In this document: positions 40,069 through 52,196 of the stretch, piece after piece
Position numbering within the stretch: the stretch's first letter is position 1
Layout of the letters: the number at the start of each line of letters is the position of its first letter
Assembly: GCA_964106915.2 (NCBI GenBank)
Contig: OZ066922.1
DNA from: Podarcis gaigeae
Lineage: Eukaryota
Strand: one strand, 5' to 3'
Length of the DNA stretch: 64,000 nucleotides
Program-made: the position numbers and the translations under genes
Notes under the pieces: model-generated
Databases searched by the model: none
What the model was told of the DNA's origin: nothing
The model's input: only the letters and a program-made list of their open reading frames with translations

Positions 40069-41160
40069 GTCCTTTCCTCGCTAAGATGGCAGTGGCCGGG
40101 ACTCTTTACACCTACCCCGAGAACTGGCGGGCATTCAAAGCCCTCATAGCTGCCCAGTACAGTGGCGCCAAGATCAAGGTCCTCTCCACCCCAACACAAT
40201 TCCACTTTGGGCAGACCAACAATTCCTGAAGAAATTCCCAGCTGGGAAGGTTCCAGACTTTGAAGGAGATGATGGATTCTGCATGTTTGAGAGCAATGCC
40301 ATTGCACACTATGTCAGTAATGAGGAGCTGCGAGGACCCACCAAGGAGGCAGCTGCCCAGGTCATCCAGTGGGTGAGTGTTGCGGACAGCTACATTGTCC
40401 CTCCTGCCAGCACGTGGGGTCTTCCCCACACTGGGCATCATGCATTACAACAAACAGACTACAGAGTATGCCAAGGTGCTAATAAAGCAGATTCTTGCCC
40501 TCCTCGGTGCCCATTTGAAGACCAGGACATTCCTGGTGGGGGAATGCACCACACTGGCTGACATCACGATTGTCTGCACACTTATCTGGCTTTATAAGCA
40601 GGTTTTGGAGCCATCCTTCCACCAGCCGTACAAAAACGTCAGCCACTGGTTTGTGACCTGCATAAATCAGCCTCAGTTCAAGGCTGTCTTGGGAGAGGTG
40701 AAACTGTGCGAGAAGATGGCACAGTTTGATGCCAAGAAGTTTGCTGAGAACTTGGCACCAACAATGCCAGGTGCATCTCTGGCATCTGGGTCTTCCATGG
40801 GCAGGAGCTAACCTTTCTGCTGAGCCCTGACTGGCAGGTGGATTACGAATCCTACACTTGGCAGAAGCTGGACATGGAGAGCAAGGAGAGCAAGATGATG
40901 GTGAAGGAGTATTTCCTGTGGGAGGGTGAGTTTAAACACTATGGCAAAGCCTTCAACCAGGGAAAGATCTTCAAGTGATGCCGCCAGAGAGCTGGCGAGG
41001 GGGGCAGGACTGTTCCCAAAACCATGGACCTAAGGAAGGGCGTTGTAGTCTCCAAAGGAGTGGTGAGAGCTCCTGCCACCATTAGAAACAACTCAGCAGG
41101 GAGAGATGTCGTGACATTCAAAGATGTGAATTTAAAAACCTGAGTGTGCTAGTAAAAAAA
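40069..41160 (+). pseudogene. EEF1G: Processed pseudogene of elongation factor 1-gamma
   Basis: 5' TOP CCTTTCC, ATG at 40086 [27 protein letters not shown]...[10 protein letters not shown] joined to ...[14 protein letters not shown]...[11 protein letters not shown] (40978); intronless, poly(A), 16-bp TSD AAAAGAGCAGGAAGTA; frameshifts near 40221 and 40418. Confidence 0.97.
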
Positions 41161-43819
41161 AAAAGAGCAGGAAGTATCTTCTGACTTGCTCTGGCCTATC
41201 AAGGTCACTTCCATAGGTGGTGAGATTTGTCCCCTGAATTTCTGTCCTTGGTCTGAACTAGACAGCACAGTCCCTCCTATATATCCCTATGGGAAAATCC
41301 TGGCAACTAGCCTTGGGCATAAATGTACATCTTTGCCCTGCTCTTTTGACACTTGAGAGGTATATTTCAGAACCCACCCTATTCTTGTGATTGTAAATTG
41401 CTTTGAACAGTTTTTAATATTCTATTTTGAAACTGCTGTTACGTGCCCTGTGACCTTACAGTGAAAGGTGGGTAAGAGATTGAATTAATAATTATAATGA
41501 TAATAATATTGCTTTATGATGTCTGAGATGTTAAAGCTCATTCACATAACTAATTGGGTGCTTGAAGAATTACCATGTTGCACTTAAAATCCATCTGATA
41601 ATCAAATATAAAGAGCTCTCACTGTAATACAATGAGTGGTAACTAAGTCATAGAGTAGGTTCATTTATTTCAATGGGTCTACTCTGAGTATATCTAACAT
41701 TGGTTACTGTTGAATCACTATCCATGTATCTGGGGGGAAATGCTGAAAATCTGAAATACAACAAACATATCCTATTTCTAAACAAGACACTAATGGCTTC
41801 TATAGACTTGACAGCAACATACACAGAGAATGAGAGAAAATATAGTTAGCTGGCTTGTGTACAGGTGAAAATTATGCTGCATATTACATGTGGAAATGTC
41901 TTATGGACAACAATTCTGGGATAAACAAAGACAGCTCCTGAATTTATCAGTACTGAAACTACTTTGTATATGATTCTTTGGCAATCAAGAGCACCCACAT
42001 GGTGGCTGGAAATCATTAATCAGGCAACTGAAGCTCAGTGTTTTGTGCTTGTCAGACAACAACCGCTGCTGACTCTAATGAACAAAGAAAGAGGATGCTC
42101 ACTTTAAAATAAGGATGCACCTGTATGTGATAACTTCAGCTTCAGCATTTTGCTGTCCCAGACTTCCCAATTATCCTTTCCATTTGTCACACATTCCTCA
42201 CCTATCCCACTTTTATATTGTAACTTAATTTGTTTTGGTTGTGCAGACATTCTAACTCCTGATTAGAAAAAGAAAGGCAAAATAATAACTGTGGAACAAT
42301 ATTGCCTTACTTGCATGATTAAGAAAAAAATAGATTTTATGTAGTTAACTCTATAGAGTCCAGTTCAGTGTCAAGTCTGAGTGGTCTTTCCTCATCCTTC
42401 CACTCCTTCCATTACTTGTCATATCCAGTGCAAAGTTCCCAGCTTGAATTAAGCCATAGTTCCCTGTTGTGACTGTTTCTCCCATTGCCACATGTCAAAC
42501 TTCACCTGACAACAAGGCTAGTGCTACAATGAGACAAAGGAGTAGCAAATTGGTGCCCTCCTTAAGCCCAGATCTCATTATCACTGCTGGGAAAGTAAAC
42601 TAGGAAAAAGGAGATCACTGTGGGGAAGCTATCCCTTCCGGGAAGAGTTGAAGTTAGTGAACCTGTTGCTAGTAAGGAACTCTGTACCTGGGCCTCTAGA
42701 AACAATGCTTGTCTCAGAAGTATTTCCAAGCTATGAAGATGCTCTTTCAAGAGGAGCACAACTATCATCCACTGAAAAGGACATGTCCTTTTCAGTATAT
42801 GCAATGTTCTAGGAAAAGATTCATGGATTGCACACCTCACAAGTCATCTCTGCAAATTCAGAATGAATATGGGTGTTACTTGGGCCAGGACTCTTTCCTA
42901 TATAACATTCATATTAACCTCAAAAAGAAAAAAAAAAACCAACCCTGCTTTACGCAGACATTAAGAAATACAGAACTATGGAAATATAAAAATAGGGGAA
43001 CGACTAAGAAATTGAAGGAAGGTCACGTGTGTGCTTTAAACAAGGAACAAAGTGTTAGATTCCAAGCATAAGAAGCCAGTTACAAACACATATCTCATCA
43101 TAGGCTACTATCCAGTGAGACTTAACGTTTTCCAATTTCTAACTTCAACACTTTCATTAAACTAGTGCCAAATACCAGAGAAGGTTGGTGCCCCTCCCTT
43201 TTTACCCAGACATAGCAATGGTAACCGTGGAGTCCAGTTTGAGAGGGCTGGCAGGAAGCACAGTGAGCAGAAAAATGGATAGTGCAAAGGGTAGATACCC
43301 TGCAGCTGTGTACCTCACCTCTATACATGGTTTTGCTTGTCTATCCCATGGCAACTCATTTGTCTGAGTGTGGCATGAAAAAAGCTGTTGACAACTGTTG
43401 TGAAATGGCCTATCCAAGGCACAGATCAGGGTACAGAGCACAAAGGAAGCAAATTACCACTCAGTAGGCAGGTTCCCGCACATAACCTGGCTGCTGGCCA
43501 AGTCTCCTTTTATTAGTATAAGGGTCAGGTTTATTTCAGATGTACAGTGAGGCATCTAGTAGGAAAAAAATAGCCTTTAAGATGTGGGCTGCTGGCTCAA
43601 GCAGAAAGGGATACAATGCAGGTGCCATAAACTCATAAACTTTTTTATTTCAGACGATGAACAATACAGATAGGAATAAGAAGAATAAGGGATACTGGTA
43701 AAAATGTTAAGGAAGTACATTAATGAATACTTACATAATATACATCAATATAAATCTACAAGGAAATTATTTCACAAATTATAAGGAAAAGCCTTGGAAA
43801 TCTCAGAATCAAGTAGAGG

Positions 43820-44260
43820 GGAAGCATGGTGTACTGACTAGAATATTAGACTAAGATTAGAAAGACCTATAGAGTTGTACCTCCGGCTACGAACTTAATT
43901 GTTCCGGAGGTTCTTTCTTAACCTGAAACCATTCTTAACATGAGGCACGCTTTTGCTAATGGGGCCTCCCACTACCACCGTGCCGCCGGTGCGTGACTTC
44001 CGCTCACATCCTGGAGCAAAGTTTGCTACCAGAAGCATCTACTTCCAGGTTAGCGGAGCTCATTGCCCAAACCGTTCGTAAGGAGGACGGTGTGTAACCC
44101 GAGGTTCCACTGTATTGGAATTTCCACTTAGCCAGGAAGCTCACTGGAGGACCTTAGACAAGTCTATCTGAACAGGCTACCTCATAGAGTTGTTGTGAAT
44201 ATGAAATAGAGGTAACTATATGTATGCCAACTTGATTACCTCAGAAGAAGGAAAGAAGGA
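43820..44260 (+). mobile_element. MIR/CORE-type SINE split by a MITE
   Basis: Decayed tRNA head at 43820-43870; CORE-like AAGCTCACTGG..GACCTTAGACAAGTC...CTACCTCATAGAGTTGTTGTGA resumes at 44115. Confidence 0.55.
43872..44112. mobile_element. Tc1/mariner MITE, family A-related and diverged
   Basis: GAGTTGTACCTC...GAGGTTCCACTG with TA flanks; internal GCTAATGGGGCCTCC shared with family A. Confidence 0.8.
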
Positions 44261-44329
44261 AGACACTCAAAGACTAATAAATGTATCATTTTCAAGTAGT
44301 AAATAAATAGTAAGGATCAATTGGTTTGG

Positions 44330-44500
44330 TACTGTTCTTCATCTACACACAAATGACCTAGATGAAGTAGATTCACAAAATTTGCAAATGATACAAAGCT
44401 GAAAGTAATTACTAACAACTTTGAAAATAGCCTAAAAATCCAACAAGATCCTGACAGATTTGAAAACTGAGTTGGGAACTTCAAATATAAGAAGGACAAA
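44330..44500 (+). mobile_element. CR1 RT fragment
   Basis: KFANDTKL...IQQDPDRFEN motif (decayed FADDTKL). Confidence 0.6.
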
Positions 44501-45009
44501 TGTCCAATCTACATTTACATTTAGAAGCACAGCTTCAAACAGGTGGAAAAGCAGTATAAAATATTTATATAAATAAGCAGAATCTAACAAGATGTAAAGA
44601 GGGACTTAATGCACGACTTGTTCTATGTCATTCAGAAGCCATAAGAAAATACAACTTAGAGAACTGCCCAGGACTAAGGTATTAAATCACTCTGAATTAA
44701 GACAAGTATTTAACTATATCCATTGGAATGATTAAAAGAAGAAGAAACTGCTTTGAAGAATGCATTTCTTTCAAGTCAGTTTTGAGACTGTTTGGGGTGT
44801 AATGTATTCTCCTTAAATAATTTAAAGATTATTGTCACTAAATGGCAGGGGAGGTCCCTCTTATGGGCAAAGTGGGGCATAACCTTGCCAGGTTTCTGAC
44901 CCCCCACAATCCAAATCTCCAAAGCCAAGGTTTAGTCTTTTTCTCCAGCTTCTTTCTCTCTCAAAAAGTAAAACAGGGCAAGCCCTTTGTTTTTATTGTT
45001 CCAGTCTGC

Positions 45010-45164
45010 GAACGTTTTTTAGAAGCCAAACATCTGGACGCGGCATCTGATTGAGTGCAGGAAGCTCCTGCAGCCAATCAGAAGCTGCACCTTGATTTTC
45101 AAATGGTTTCAGGAGCTGAACGGACTCCCAGAATGGATTAAGTTCAAGAACCAAGGTACCACTG
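45010..45164. mobile_element. Tc1/mariner MITE, right half of a distinct family
   Basis: Ends in CCAAGGTACCACTG-TA; left TIR absent. Confidence 0.6.
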
Positions 45165-45779
45165 TACTGCCATATCCCCAAGTGAATCACAACTTGGATT
45201 TGTGGGGGTTTTTTACCTGCTGACAACAGAAGCAGATGCTTTGATTTAACCCCTTTCGCAAAATTTCAAAATGCTTTTGCAAGTATTCAGAGTGTAATCC
45301 TGCATATATCATGGAACAATCCCCATGAAATTCAATGGGGTTTATTTCTGAGTAATGTATTTCTGAGTTTTTTTGGCATGAACCTACAATTGTGGTTCAT
45401 GCCTTCTGAACCAAGGTGAGATACTTAAATGCTAAGTGTTAACAAAATTGCAATGTTTACGATTCCACTGTGTCTTTGCAGAGGAGGATAGGGACAGAAC
45501 CAGAACATGCAGGGCCACATCTGTTTCTCCCAGCAGAGTAGCAACTGTAGCAGCAGAAACCCCTTCGGAACAAGGGAAATACACTTTGGGTGCTAAATAC
45601 TTCTACAACTGTATCCCTTATGTACCCACTGTTACTTTTTCAAGGGAAAAGGATGGAGACCTCCTTGCAGCCACACCAAGTTTAGGGTCCACCAGCCTCT
45701 ACTGCTTAATGAAAGACAATGGATCTGGAACCTAAGGTTTCATTGATATTGTTAGGCTCTCTAAGTTATGGCTGTTCTA

Positions 45780-46150
45780 TTTGTTGTTGTTAATTTTATT
45801 TTATTGAAATATTTTTTACGAACATTTGATGAGCTTTAACTGGACTATTTCAACAAAGTATGCAAAGAGAAAAAGAACAAATAAAAAGTTGCCTTTTATT
45901 CTAAAGAAAAAAGAAAATGTAGATGAAAGATACATAACCAATGCAATTATTTTGCTTAGAAACCCAAACCATACCTCTGTAGTAAGTGTAGATTTCCCCA
46001 AGGTGTTAATATCTCTTATTGTTTCATTCTGTTTGTTAATTGTTCTTTTAGGAGCCATTAAATTGTAGTTGTTAAGAGTACCAACTGTTCATTAACCAAA
46101 GAAACAACTCTGGACTTCTTCCTAGTTGAAAATATGTATAATGCTGCCAA
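45780..46150 (-). mobile_element. L1 3' end remnant
   Basis: Minus-strand AATAAA/A-rich tail and T-rich UTR; decayed ORF2 end. Confidence 0.4.
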
Positions 46151-46673
46151 GTCTGAATGTTTTTGCTAAAATCAATGCAACATAAATTTCTATATTATTT
46201 TCTGGCCAATTGTATTTTTAGAGGCTTACAGCACAGTGGATCACAGAAACTGCATTTCCAGAACTTTGTGTGAAACATGAGTTTTCATCAAATCTATACC
46301 CTGCACATTCATTCTCATTGAACTTTGCATAGTGCTGTATCCTGTTTCCACTGGCTTATTAGCACTACATGTGCTGCAGCTAGCACAGAGACATTCATGA
46401 ATAGCTCAATCTTAAGGCACAGGATCCAGATAAACAAATAAAAGCTTTCCTGTAGCTCCATTGTTCCTTGCCTTCAGTACCTTCACAGAGTACTGTTTCT
46501 TAAATTTACCCCTGTTTGGATGAACTTGTGTACTGCCCACCATGTTCCACCCAAGAGCATTAATTTCATGCAACTTCTAAACACTTCTCCTAATATACAG
46601 CATGAGTTGTATTTCATGATGCAAGACTCTAATTCACTGAAGCTAGCTTCCTGTTAGTGTTTCCAACATACAC

Positions 46674-47049
46674 ATCAAGCCTTCTGAAGAATGGTTGAGG
46701 GAGTTGAGTATGTTTAGCCTGGAAAAGAGAAGACCAATAGGAGATATGATAGCCATCTTCAAATATCTAAAGGTCTGTCACATGGAAGATGGAGCAAGCT
46801 TGTTTTCTCCTATTTCAGAGAGTAGACTTCAGGTTACAAGAAAAGGGACTCTGACTAAACATCAGGAAGAACTTATTGATGGTAAGAGCTGTTTGACAGA
46901 AAAATTAGCTACCTTGGGAGGTGGTGGACTCTCCTTCACTGAAGGTTTTTTAAAGCAGAGGTTGGATGGTCATCTGTCCTGGATAATTTAGTTGAGATTC
47001 CTGCATTGCACCTTGGGGTTCCTTCCAACCCCACAATTCTGATTCTATT
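46674..47049 (+). mobile_element. CR1 LINE 3' fragment
   Basis: LRELSMFSLEKRRPIGDMIAIFKYLK motif and CCTTCCAACC...ATTCTGATTCTAT tail. Confidence 0.88.
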
Positions 47050-47612
47050 ACACCCTTTTTGTTTGTCTGCAGATGCAGCAAAACTACAATCAAGCCCGGA
47101 CTCTGCCACTGATAGAAATATAACATTCGATCTTCATCCACAGCTTTCTATGCCAAACTACAACTTTTTCAAGACTGTTATATAAGGTAGCTGTTCTGAA
47201 ATCACAATAATCCATTTTGATTTTTCTCATACTCACTGTTAAAATGATTTACTAATAAAATTGTTATTTACTGAAGTGTGCCTTGGCATCTTTTAAGTGG
47301 TAAGAACATTGATATGTGAATTTGAACAGTTTGTTATCAATGGGTAACTAACATTTTATGGTTCTTTACAGGAATGTAACTCAATGAACTATCTATATTT
47401 TTCATAGCCTAATTTGAAAGAACGTGCAAAAAGGGACTGTGCAATCATTACACAGTAATAGTTGAAATTCCTCTTCTCTAAACAATATATACCAACATTA
47501 TGACAAATCTTTTATTTTCTCTTTTAAGGACATGTCAGAATCAATAGGGTTTCTTTGGGGGGGGTGGATTTACAAGCTCAGCGGTAAACTTGACAGGGCA
47601 AGTTCAACATTA

Positions 47613-47975
47613 AAGGTAAAGGTAAAGGTACCCCTGCCCGTACGGGCCAGTCTTGACAGACTCTGGGGTTGTGCGCCCATCTCACTCAAGAGGCCAGGGG
47701 CCAGCGCTGTCCGGAGACACTTCCAGGTCACGTGGCCAGTGTGACATCGCTGCTCTGGCGAGCCAGAGCCACACACGGAAACGCCGTTTACCTTCCCGCT
47801 GGTAAGCGGTCCCTATTTATCTACTTGCACCCGGAGGTGCTTTCGAACTGCTAGGTTGGCAGGCGCTGGGACCGAGCAGCGGGAGCGCACCCCGCCGCAG
47901 GGATTCGAACCGCGACCTTTTGATCAGCAAGTCCTAGGCACTGAGGCTTTAACCCACAGCGCCACCTGCGTCCCT
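47613..47975 (-). mobile_element. Sauria SINE, young subfamily
   Basis: (ACCTTT)n tail, CpG-rich body, TSD AAGTTCAACATTA. Confidence 0.93.
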
Positions 47976-49285
47976 AAGTTCAACATTATTAACCCACAAA
48001 CCATTGCCTATTTCCTGAAGATAGCTCTGAAAACAGAAAGCTGAACAATTTATCCCCTCCCCTATCACCTGTGGTGAATGAGCACCTGAATCCTTCACTG
48101 TGTTGTACAAGTCAAACTTTTGCTGTCCACAATACATACTCCATGTAGAAAGAACATAGCTTTAATCAAAATGGCACCTGGTGTTCATGGTGAATTATTC
48201 AGAAAATTAATTTGTCATGAGCCTTGTTCACCATGAAGTGGAAGATCATAGGGAGAGCAGTTATGTGGAGCAGTCTCAATTATTGCAGCATAATTAATAG
48301 GGGTTTTTTGTTTTTTCCCCCCAAGCTTCACCAAACCTCCTGATTGCCATATCTGAAGATTTAAATTCATTTCTAGAGTGTCCTTTCAGTTTCTACACCT
48401 ATGCATGGAAATTCTTTTTGATCAGATAGATAAAAGGCAAACAGGTATCAGTCTTTAAATCTTTTAAGCTATTGAAACAGAGCATGCATAGTTTTTACAG
48501 TTGGAGAAGTCTGAATCTTCTCAATTTGGCACCTCAGTTCTGAATCAGAGACTACCACAGCTCTGAGTCATGTCTGGGGATCATATAGCTGTGATCACTG
48601 TTGCAAATTAGCAATGTGACCAGAAAATATGTATTCTGAGGCTACTTCTTTTCATGTCGCTTTCACACTATTTCCTTCTCTGGCTTCTGTAACAAACTAT
48701 CTGGAACAGATTAAGTAGGGACACCCACTAGTTTTGATCACTGGGCATCAAAACTTACAGCTGTTTCTCACATAAATTAATATTTATCTTCAAGGAATTC
48801 CCCTCTGGTTAAAAACTGGCCTTTTCTCATAAAGTTTTGAAGAGGAAGGAATATTGCACTGTTTCCCCAATGCTTATGAAATGTATATTTAACCCAGGTA
48901 ATGAGTGTCAATCCAAACAAAAAGAGAGATCTACAATTTGCAAATCATTCATATTGTAATAGAAAAAATAAGTAAAAACCACATTCTACATTCCACTTGG
49001 CTTCACTTGTAAAGATACTTCACTGACGTCTGTTCCACTGAAGTGAAAGATGCTTGCATCTGCCAAGAACTTGGAGCAGTGGGCTGCCCCTTGCCAATAT
49101 TATGCATCAGAAAAGTTCATTCTGACATGGTTGATTGCTATTTTAAAATAAATCAGTTATTAGCTAGTGATCTACTTTTGGGGGAAAGAGCCCCAAAGCC
49201 TGGCATAATTGGGTCCATTCCAAGATTCTGACTAATCCTATTCAACTGCAACACATGAGTTAAGAGGTGTTCCCACTTCCCTGTA

Positions 49286-49520
49286 CAGTGGTACCTCTAC
49301 TTACAGACGCAATCCATTCCGGGGCGCCATTCGCAACCTGAAAAGTCCATAAGTAGAGTGCCACCTCTGTGCGTGCGCGTGACGCAATAGAGCACTCCTG
49401 CGCATGCACGAAGAACGCTTCTGCGTGTGTGGAGAAACCCGGGAGTATACACTTCGGGGTTTGCCGCGTTCGCAACAGAAAATCCGCAAAATGAACCTAA
49501 TGCAACTAGAAGTAAGACTG
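49286..49520. mobile_element. Tc1/mariner MITE, family B
   Basis: CAGTGGTACCTCTACTTAC left TIR, imperfect right TIR ending GACTG, TA flanks. Confidence 0.7.
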
Positions 49521-49621
49521 TACAACTATTGTTACTCAAGATACTTGTATGCTATTTAGGATGGCATGTTATGGAGGAATAGTGGTAAGCTTCTCGATTA
49601 CATTACCATTATTTGTTAGAG

Positions 49622-49757
49622 CAGGCATAGGCAAACTTGGCCCTCCAGATATTTTGGGACTACAACTACCATCATCCCTGACCACTGGTCCTGTTAGCTA
49701 GGGATGGTGGGAGTTGCAGTCCCAAAACATCTGGAGGACCAAGTTTGCCTATGCCTG
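49622..49757. mobile_element. Palindromic hAT MITE
   Basis: TIR CAGGCATAGGCAAACTTGG, near-complete fold-back, 8-bp TSD TGTTAGAG. Confidence 0.92.
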
Positions 49758-51299
49758 TGTTAGAGAAATCAGAGTCATTCAATAAACTAGACCCTAAACA
49801 AGTGATGAACATATCTTATGCTGGCCTCTACTAACAGGGCAGGGGAGCTTTACACCATGGGTTGACAAAGGCACCACAAAGTGAATACCTGGCATAGAAG
49901 GAATCTGCTATATGATTGCTAGCTTTTGATCCACCATTTCCTAGGGAAAATCTACAGCAATAAGCAAAACAAATAAGCTAAAGGAATTCAGTTTTCGCCA
50001 TGTATGTTTAAATAAATAATACATATAAAATACAAACCACATAAATCAGAACTTCTAACACTGAATTGTGCTGAACCTGGACCAAAGAATACTGATGGTG
50101 GCTAGGTCATCCCTACATCATACATTTATAGCACTCTTAAAACATTTGAACAGTCATGGAGAACTGGGAATTATATTTTGTAAAGGGTCCTGGAAATTCT
50201 AGCTCTATGAGGTCAGCACCCTTCACAAACTACGGTTTCCAGGATTCTTCAGTGGAAGTAGTAACTCTTGAAAGTGGTGTAAGAGTGCTTGTGGTGCAAA
50301 TAGTATTAGACTGGTGTAGCTATAGCAGTAGTAAAAAGTCTGATTTAACGTGCAAGAACCACATTAATCTAAGCACACATATGAATAAAACAATTATATT
50401 ATGACTGTATTACTATTTTATAGTGTCTTAATTATATGGTGCCTCCTATATCAACAATATTTTACAAAACATAAGATTTTCTCAGTTTAAAACTGAGAAT
50501 CAAATTGTGCAATTCTCTTTCTCAAAATTCTTCACAATAAAATCTAATTAGAGAACAAGCTGCCATTACAACTGTTCTGTTAAAAAGACACTGAAAGAAC
50601 TTAGGCTGCAATTCCTATACCCACTTTCCTTGGAGTAGGCCAACATGTTCCCTCAGTGGGACATACTGAGTGCATATTTATAGGATTGTGAGGTCACTAC
50701 TTCTTTTCAAACACTAGAGAATTACACAATGTTTCTGAAAGTTGGTGATTTTGACCCTGGAATTCCAAGGAATATGGGGGTAAGTCTTGGCTAACTAACA
50801 TAATATGACCACCAACATGTTACCTCTCAGAATCTGCAAGGCTTAATAACTTGGGACTTTTGGAATGCTCTGAATCAGTTAAAAATGCATGCTCTGAAGG
50901 AGATGGAGTTTTGGTCACAAGACCCATGGGGTTACCATCATGCCCATGATAACAGGGTGTGAACACACAAGCTTATATTCTGTGAGAACATGATCTGTGT
51001 GAACAGCACCATCTGGTGAGAGAACAATACTAATACACAAAATGAATTTTCATTAGTACTGTGATCATTTCCATCTGATTCAAGTTTTGTACCAAATCAA
51101 TGCAATAATAATACTGAGAACTTTAAATAAAGGAACAATTGAAAAAATTGATAAAATATCCTCTTTGCTAATATTGTTCTTTAATCCATAAGCCATTGCC
51201 ACACCAAACACTAAAGAGAACACTGGAATCTAGTCTTTAATGCCATCACAGATAGTCTCTTTTTTCTTCTAAGCAACTGTTCAAACTGCAAATGTAGGA

Positions 51300-51750
51300 T
51301 CTTTTTACATTGCATAAAACTTAAGTAAAAACATGCATCAAAAACCTTCAAAACAAGTGAAATATTGACCAAATTGCGAAGCTACTCAAACATTAACAAG
51401 CCCTGTGTGTACCAATTTGACATGCTCTCAGCATTACTTTGTATAATTCAGCTACAAATGCTAAATGTTATCACCAATACATTTTTCTGCGCTGCAGAAT
51501 AAAAGGCTTAGTGATTTATTTTACAGCTTGTAATGAATTAGCAAGCAGGAGAGTAAATAATGCAAGCTGAAAAGTTAGTAATTGGCGATGACATTAATGA
51601 CACTCCTGCATGTTCTGACTCATTTCAACTGCTTTTCTTAAATTAGCAAAATAGTTTTAGAGGCAGGCAAAGGTTATGCGCAAAAGTAAACTTATTATTT
51701 AAGGCTTGTGCATCCATTTTTACCACATCAGTAAGGTGCTTTCTTCAAAT
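51300..51750. promoter_or_regulatory. Candidate conserved non-coding element
   Basis: Repeat-free; PBX-HOX-like TGATTTAT, FOX GTAAATA/GTAAAC, AP-1 TGACTCA, multiple TAAT cores. Confidence 0.3.
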
Positions 51751-52031
51751 GGAACTGGGCATTTTACATGTATGTCCAGATGCAAGTAGGACAGAACTCC
51801 TTTACCGTTCTTTGTTGGAATAAGTAGTTCTGCTAAAGTAAACATTTTATCCTTGCTATTCAAATTAAAGGAGATCTGCTCTCTCTGTTTGATCATCCTA
51901 TCAATCCTCCCACTGTACAGGTAATTTAAAAAAAAAATTACATTAATTACATGAAAGCAATCAATGCAACTAAAATAATAATTAAATAGCCACTACAGAA
52001 CCCTTTCCCCAAGCAGGGGTTTATTAAAATA

Positions 52032-52196
52032 CAGTGGTACCTCAGGTTACAGACGCTTCACGTTACAGATTCGCTAACCCAGAAATAGTACCTTGGGTTA
52101 AGAACTTTGCTTCAGGATGAGAACAGAAATCGCGCAGCAGCAGCGTGGCGGCAGCAGGAGGCCCCATTAGTTAAAGTGGTACCCGAGGTACCACTG
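52032..52196. mobile_element. Tc1/mariner MITE family A with internal deletion
   Basis: Intact TIRs and TA TSD; lacks about 60 bp present in the 26788 copy. Confidence 0.88.

Noticed and set aside
40377-40811. 144-aa ORF as a functional EEF1G-derived gene
   Set aside because: Starts at TTG, flanked by frameshifts, many substitutions at conserved residues
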